NCBI GenBank assembly: GCA_965226495.1
Contig: OZ245365.1
Location: 3,267,516-3,331,515, forward strand
Source of the DNA: Candidatus Marinacidobacterales bacterium
Lineage (GTDB): Bacteria > Acidobacteriota > Vicinamibacteria > Marinacidobacterales > DATDRI01
Length of the DNA stretch: 64,000 bases
Direction: 5' to 3'
Position 1 is the first letter of the stretch. The number at the start of each line of letters is the position of its first letter. Positions 58,896 through 64,000 of this stretch are shown here, in pieces. The translations under genes and the position numbers were made by a program. Under the pieces are notes generated by a model, which was not told the DNA's origin, ran no database searches, and worked only from the letters and a program-made list of their open reading frames with translations.

Positions 58896-61622
58896 CTAGC
58901 TGGCTTTGATGCGTGCCAGCGCATCCTGGGCGGCGCGCGCCACATCAGGATCGGATTCTTTCGCCGCGGATTGGAGCAGCGGGACGCTACTGTAAGAGCG
59001 CAAGTTTCCAAGTCCGATGAGCGCTTGAACTCGCGAGGCGAGGGCTTCGTCGGCGGCCGCCCGCTCCAACAACCCGACGGCCCATGAGCCACCCAGCGAT
59101 TCCAAACAGAGACAACCGATGCGCTGATGGATCGCCCCGTCGCTTCCGAGCGAGCGCTCGATCGCACCGTGCAAGCTGGCTGCCGCAGAGTCCGCGGAAA
59201 GCGCCTCCCGGTAGCACTCGGACGCTAGAACGAGATCGCGTTCGAGAAGGCCGTTCACCAAATCGGAGCTGTCTTCCAACATCCCACTGAGGAAAGCGAG
59301 CGCACCATGAAAAGGACCTCGCTTGAGATTGTGGGGACGATCATCTAGCGAGGAATCGTGTATCCACTCGGCGGCGTCGACAAGCTCGAGTAACTCGCTG
59401 GTGCTATTCGACCGGAGGGCGTAGGCAGTCAGAAACTCCTGGATGGCAACGTTCGGGAACGAGAACGCGTGCGGACCTCTTAGCAATCTCGTTTTGCTCA
59501 ATGCCGCAAGCAGCTCTTCTGAGCTGGTACGGCCGAAATGGCTATCGAACCAATCCTGGGGTTCGCTCATCTCGCCTTCGAGGTGCTCGCGTCGAAGCGA
59601 TGTTCTACCCGCACCACTCATCCGAAGGGCAAGTGCGGGAAGAACAATTTCCCTGATCTCCGAGGAGAGCGACTGACCCGCTACTTGGTAAAAGGCCGCG
59701 TAGAGGCCGCTCCGAGTGTAAGGAACGCTCGAGCCCTCCCGCCAGAGTCGCCGCGCCATCGCCAACACCTGGGGGTTTCCGCCTCGGGAACCCATGGCCT
59801 GCAAGAGCTGCCGATACAGGACCCGAGCCTGCTCGACCCTCATCGCCTCGCCTTCCACGAGGAAATCGGCCGCTTCCCATTCGGCGAAAGGGAGAAGCTC
59901 GAACCAGTTCGGAATGTCGAGCGACAGCGGTACCGGCCTCCGCGCAGCAGCGACGAAGCGGTTCAAGGAAAATCGCTGCATGAAGGTGTTCAGCTTCTCG
60001 GTCAAGCGCCTCGAGGAGTCAGCACTCATTTCGTCCAAACCGTCCATCAGGAAGAGGAACCGACCCTCCTCGAGATCACTCAGGAAAAGCTTTCGGTCGA
60101 ATCCTTCTCCGACGAAATCCAACAGCTCTGCCCCGGCTGGAAGATCAGAGAGGCTCACATAAACCGGAAGAGGCGACTTGGCACTGTAGGAAAGAATGGG
60201 TTGGGCAGAGTCGTAAAAGAGCTTGAACAACGTCATGCTCTTGCCCGCGCCGGGCTCTCCCAACACCAGCAACCGCTGAAAACGGCGGGCAAGCTCCGGG
60301 GCGTCTTGAGGCTGCCCGAGGAAATCGGCTGCGTGAAGGTAGGATGACATCGGGTCTTGACGCGGCATCCATTTTAGGAGCTGGTGCGCGTAGCGCTCGG
60401 GTTTGGGCCATATTCGATTCAAGGTCTCTCGGAGCCGGCGGCGATAACGCCCCTCCGAAAGCTCGTACACCTGGCGAACCCGCTCCCCCGCCCGACTGTG
60501 GAAGACCGCGGGATCCTTCTGCGAGACGAACAGTGCGGGTGCCAGCCATGCGCTTTCGAGTGGAAAGAAGGATCCCAATTCTCGCCGGGCTTCGGAAAGG
60601 CACGCGTCGACGGGCTTGAGAGTCGCAAGGGCACGGTAGAACGACTCCGCGAATCGGACGGCCAAGTCTTCCGGCCTCAAACCGCCCAAACTCACTAGCG
60701 CCGGAACGTGTTCCAGCAGCTGCCCAGCAAGCTCCGGGCCCACACCGACCACGCCCTCACCGCCGCTGAATACCATCAGGCGCGGGCTTCCGTCTTGAAG
60801 GAGGCTCACCAGCTGCGCCGGCGTGTTGAACTCACTACCACCGTCCGCGTGAACCAGTCCTATCTTGGCTTCACCAGAGGTCCAGCGACTCGACGCCAGC
60901 AAATGCAAGACGTCCACGTTGCGCCGCACGAGACCATGCAGCCGATCCCGCGTGAGACCGTCCTGACCGATTGCTCGCCCCTCTTCCTGCACCGAGACCA
61001 GCCCTTCTCCCTCCAGGCGACGGAGAGCTTCGCGTATGGCGACCGCCTCTTGACGGATCCGGGGAGCATCTCGTTCATCGGAAAACTCGGCTGCGAGAAG
61101 TACTTTCAGTGGGAGTTCGAGGGGAACCGAAGCCGGCTCTTTGGCGTGCTCTACGAAACGAACAAGCGTCGTTTCGGGAGAATTCCCGAGGAAGGCAGCC
61201 CGACGGGTATCGTAGAGGCACTCCCAAGGCAGACGAGCGACGTTCGGGGGATCGATTTTGAGTCGAATGAGCAGCCGAGTTTCGGTGGGGCGAGTCTGCT
61301 CGCGAAGGTGGATGTAAAGCCGCAGGAGGTCGCCTTGGAACAAGGAGTCGAAGAGCCTGGCCCCCACATATTGGAGCTCTTCGGGGTTGAGCTCGTCAAG
61401 GGTGTCGACGTAGCCAACGAATCGCGGGTCGTCGAAGGGCATGTGGATCTGCACCGGTGGCGTCGAACGGCCAAACTCATCCCAACCCACGGCCGAATAA
61501 AAGCCGGGTGTCGGGTCCGTCCATACCGCTATTAGAAGATCCTGGTGCTCAAGCTCCCTCATGTTGTTCTTCCCGGCGCGCCAAGAAAAGGACCACAGAG
61601 AAACCGATCCCTGCGAGGACAC
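58896..61622 (-). CDS. STAND-class NTPase: CHAT-like (probably inactive) - NACHT - HEAT repeats
   Basis: CHAT-like block VDVLHLLASS...PRLMVFSGGEGVVG (His kept, Cys position is Gly). Walker A LVLGEPGAGKSMTL. Walker B FLFLMDGLDEM. C-terminal HEAT/PBS-like repeats (ALIGLGNLRSYSSVPLL...DPDVARAAQDALARI). Confidence 0.7.
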   Translation of the reverse strand: MSSQGSVSLWSFSWRAGKNNMRELEHQDLLIAVWTDPTPGFYSAVGWDEFGRSTPPVQIHMPFDDPRFVGYVDTLDELNPEELQYVGARLFDSLFQGDLLRLYIHLREQTRPTETRLLIRLKIDPPNVARLPWECLYDTRRAAFLGNSPETTLVRFVEHAKEPASVPLELPLKVLLAAEFSDERDAPRIRQEAVAIREALRRLEGEGLVSVQEEGRAIGQDGLTRDRLHGLVRRNVDVLHLLASSRWTSGEAKIGLVHADGGSEFNTPAQLVSLLQDGSPRLMVFSGGEGVVGVGPELAGQLLEHVPALVSLGGLRPEDLAVRFAESFYRALATLKPVDACLSEARRELGSFFPLESAWLAPALFVSQKDPAVFHSRAGERVRQVYELSEGRYRRRLRETLNRIWPKPERYAHQLLKWMPRQDPMSSYLHAADFLGQPQDAPELARRFQRLLVLGEPGAGKSMTLFKLFYDSAQPILSYSAKSPLPVYVSLSDLPAGAELLDFVGEGFDRKLFLSDLEEGRFLFLMDGLDEMSADSSRRLTEKLNTFMQRFSLNRFVAAARRPVPLSLDIPNWFELLPFAEWEAADFLVEGEAMRVEQARVLYRQLLQAMGSRGGNPQVLAMARRLWREGSSVPYTRSGLYAAFYQVAGQSLSSEIREIVLPALALRMSGAGRTSLRREHLEGEMSEPQDWFDSHFGRTSSEELLAALSKTRLLRGPHAFSFPNVAIQEFLTAYALRSNSTSELLELVDAAEWIHDSSLDDRPHNLKRGPFHGALAFLSGMLEDSSDLVNGLLERDLVLASECYREALSADSAAASLHGAIERSLGSDGAIHQRIGCLCLESLGGSWAVGLLERAAADEALASRVQALIGLGNLRSYSSVPLLQSAAKESDPDVARAAQDALARIKAS

Positions 61623-61782
61623 AAGTGCGTCATTCTTAGGAGTTTGCGGTGCTTGTTACACCATTTTGAGTTATTTGTCAAGCTGTGCGGCAGAAGGCCT
61701 TTATTTTCAACGGAATCCACTGTGCCACGTGGGTACTCTGTGGCTCATGAGTGGCGGCCTCGCACCCGCCTGATGGACGTAG

Positions 61783-62562
61783 CTATCCCTTGAAATTGGC
61801 CTGCAGGATGTTCATCCGGTAGTCGTCGCCTCCCATTTGGACATCTCTGCACATTTCGTAGAGTCGCGAACGAAGACGAGAAGTGATCCTCTCCGACAAG
61901 GTATATTCTTCGGTCGGCGGCCGTTTGCCGAACCCGGGGGCCGGCGCGGAGCGAGCCGCGACCCGACGGTCTGAGAAATTGGTTGTGATGACGGTGAGCT
62001 TCTTTTCGTTGTACCGGTGGTTCAGGATATAGAAGAGCGTATCGAACACCCACAGCGTCGAGTTTTCCCCACCGAGATCGTCGAGCACCAGCAGCTCCGA
62101 TTCGAGTACCGGTTGCAAGACTCCCATCTCCGTAACCGAAGTTTCCGGACTATACGATTCCTTTATCTCCCGCAGCAAGGAGCGGAAATCGGCGAAGCGA
62201 GTCCTGGTCCGAATACGTCTCTCCACGAGCACGCGCCTGCAAATGGCAACGGCGAGATGGGTTTTCCCAACCCCGGGAGGACCGCTAAACAAAAGACCGG
62301 CCTCGTTATCCGGGAACTCGTCGGCCCACTTTCCGGCAATCTTGCAGGCCTGGGCCAACTTAGGGTGGAGCAGCTCGAAGGGCTTTCCTCCACTCCGTTC
62401 ATCAAACGCACAGTCGCGATACCGAGAGGGGACCCGGGCCTTCCCCATCGCGGAGCCGGTGGTGTCACCCAACCAACAATCGCACCGCTCTACCCGAACG
62501 ACACCGTCCCGTTCGGCTCGCCTCCACGACGTGCCATCACAAATCGAACAAGGTTCGCTCAA
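61783..62562 (-). CDS. DnaC/IstB-family AAA+ ATPase with an N-terminal zinc ribbon
   Basis: CSICDG...CDCW zinc ribbon. SRYRDCAFDE. Walker [15 protein letters not shown]. Walker B LLVLDDLG. TTNF sensor. 4-nt overlap with the upstream sigma gene. Confidence 0.7.
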   Translation of the reverse strand: MSEPCSICDGTSWRRAERDGVVRVERCDCWLGDTTGSAMGKARVPSRYRDCAFDERSGGKPFELLHPKLAQACKIAGKWADEFPDNEAGLLFSGPPGVGKTHLAVAICRRVLVERRIRTRTRFADFRSLLREIKESYSPETSVTEMGVLQPVLESELLVLDDLGGENSTLWVFDTLFYILNHRYNEKKLTVITTNFSDRRVAARSAPAPGFGKRPPTEEYTLSERITSRLRSRLYEMCRDVQMGGDDYRMNILQANFKG

Positions 62563-63416
62563 TTGAGGAAACCTCGCATGGCTTGGGCTGTGTTCGAGCG
62601 ACGCAACTTTGCGATAGCCTTCGATTCGATCTGCCGAATCCTTTCCCGCGAAAGTTGCAGCCGATCCCCAATTTCCTGAAGGGTCTGCGGCTCCTCGCCG
62701 TCCAGGCCGAAGCGAAGTCGGACGACTTCTGACTCTTTGGGACCGAGCTCGGTCAGAAGTTTTTGGATCTGCGCCAGGAAAGACTTCTGAATCAGCGCCA
62801 CCTCAACCTGGGGATCGGTCCCCTGCTCCAAGTGGTCGCTCAACTCGAGGTCTCCGTCCTCGCCCAACGTTTCCGATAGTGAGACATCGCTGCCGGAGAT
62901 AGCGATAAAGGTGTTCACCGCGTCGAGCGAAATGTCGAGAGTCGCAGCTACTTCTTCGGGAGCCGGCGTGCCCTTGTCATCTTTGTCCGCCTTAAACTCG
63001 CGTTCGATCCGACTGAAGGCCGTTGCCATGCGTGACGGGACGCTAAAGACGCGCTTGTGCTCGGAGACCGCTTGAATGATGGATTGTCGAATCCACCAGA
63101 CCGCGTAGGAAATGAATTTGACGTTGCGGTCCGGATCGAATCGACGCGACGCCTGCATCAATCCCAAGTTCCCCTCGTGAATGAGGTCAAAGAATGACAG
63201 CCCCAAACCTCTGAAGCGTTTCGCATAACTCACACCAAATCTCAGGTTGCACTCCACGAGCCTTCGGAGCGCGTCCTCGTCCCCTTGCCGAATTCGGCGT
63301 CCCAGCTCTTTCTCCTCCTCTGGAGTGAGGCGAGGAAACTTGCCGATCTCACGTATGTAGTAGCCGAGCGTTTCCGCGTCGTCGGATGAAAACCCCCATC
63401 CACGTGCGACCGGCAT
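62559..63416 (-). CDS. sigma-70 family (RpoD/RpoS-like group) RNA polymerase sigma factor
   Basis: Regions 1.2 to 4 are present: YIREIG, FDLIHEGNLGLMQASRRFD, ISYAVWWIRQSI, TLQEIGDRLQLSRERIRQIESKAI. The start is uncertain (63416 or further upstream). Confidence 0.8.
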   Translation of the reverse strand: MPVARGWGFSSDDAETLGYYIREIGKFPRLTPEEEKELGRRIRQGDEDALRRLVECNLRFGVSYAKRFRGLGLSFFDLIHEGNLGLMQASRRFDPDRNVKFISYAVWWIRQSIIQAVSEHKRVFSVPSRMATAFSRIEREFKADKDDKGTPAPEEVAATLDISLDAVNTFIAISGSDVSLSETLGEDGDLELSDHLEQGTDPQVEVALIQKSFLAQIQKLLTELGPKESEVVRLRFGLDGEEPQTLQEIGDRLQLSRERIRQIESKAIAKLRRSNTAQAMRGFLN

Positions 63417-63715
63417 GGCCCGATCATGCCGCAGGTGGGCCGGTCTGGGCAAGGCCTGTCGGGCCACGTACTCGTCGCAAGTTTTCACCCTTTTGTAAGG
63501 AGGGAAGTGGGGCATTCTCCCCTTTTTCATGAAGGGACAACAGTGTGGGAGTGTGCTTGTTTTGCCTGGTGCGCCGACAACATAGCCTATCGCTCTTCTT
63601 AGTTTAGTGTCCGCGCGTTTCCTGCCAAGACAGCGAGTGAAACGGGTTGGTAGGCCGAGGGACGGCCCAAGCAAGGAGACCGAGATAAATCGGTACCCCT
63701 AGGCGTCCTCAGTTG

Positions 63716-64000
63716 TCAGGAGTCTCGGGAAACTTTGACCAAATCACGGGGAGGAAGCTTTACTAGAGCGTTCTTCACGCGATCCTTCCACCCTTCCTCC
63801 TCTTTCACCATTTCCTTGCGCACGTACTCGATAAATTCGCTCACCTCGACCTGCATCTGCTCCATCTTCAGCCGCATGTTCAGAATAATCTCAACCCCGG
63901 CGAGGTTCACACCCAGATCGCGCGTGAGATTGAGAACCGTTTCGAGTTGACGAAGATCCTCTTCCGAGTAGAGCCGGGTGTTGCCCTCAGTGCGAGAAGG
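63716..64000 (-). CDS. MerR-family regulator, HspR-like (3' partial; continues beyond the window)
   Basis: TRLYSEEDLRQLETVLNLTRDLGVNLAGVEIILNMRLKMEQ matches the MerR HTH and dimerisation helix of HspR-type repressors. Confidence 0.55.
   Translation of the reverse strand, partial: PSRTEGNTRLYSEEDLRQLETVLNLTRDLGVNLAGVEIILNMRLKMEQMQVEVSEFIEYVRKEMVKEEEGWKDRVKNALVKLPPRDLVKVSRDS

Noticed and set aside
1-64000. CRISPR arrays, rRNA genes, tRNA genes, integrases
   Set aside because: No regularly spaced direct repeats with unique spacers. No rRNA-like conserved stretches. No intact recombinase ORFs were seen anywhere in the window.

Overview
The window is high-GC (about 60%) chromosomal DNA from a Gram-negative bacterium, with an Acidobacteria/Deltaproteobacteria-like gene repertoire (Vps10/BNR proteins, CadC-TPR regulators, DUF4388 and PilZ modules). 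It is densely coding and contains about 55 supportable genes. Most are housekeeping genes: lon, a cbpA-like DnaJ homologue, hemA, prfB with its +1 frameshift, lnt, greA, rarA, a class A PBP, an RluA-family synthase, apaG, stomatin/NfeD, and a sigma-70 factor. Interspersed with these are several accessory loci that I rank as the main points of interest.

1. A six-gene operon at 368-6568 encodes a clear ComA (phosphosulfolactate synthase), two divergent aspartase/fumarase-superfamily lyases, a cytochrome c and an ACC-deaminase-fold PLP enzyme. This looks like a coenzyme-M-like or other organosulfonate biosynthetic pathway.
2. A BCP/PrxQ-type peroxiredoxin at 55289-55900 has an in-frame TGA exactly at the peroxidatic cysteine position. 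It is a probable selenoprotein, and two candidate SECIS hairpins lie just downstream.
3. A nitrosative/hydroxylamine-stress-like island at 14605-21212 holds an ECF sigma translationally coupled to a GAF histidine kinase, a two-domain cytochrome P460, a ZAS anti-sigma-like ORF and a secreted truncated haemoglobin. The kinase and the P460 gene begin with the same 46 nt.
4. A 908-aa STAND protein at 58896-61622 has a CHAT-like domain lacking the catalytic Cys, a NACHT NTPase and HEAT repeats. It sits next to a DnaC-like ATPase.

Traces of genome plasticity are also present. An IS91-family transposase remnant truncates a pepP-like gene. A THEP1 NTPase gene is frameshifted. A perfect 69-bp in-frame tandem duplication lies inside a DUF4388-REC-GAF regulator. 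An M36 metalloprotease has an internal domain duplication.

I found no rRNA, tRNA or CRISPR arrays.
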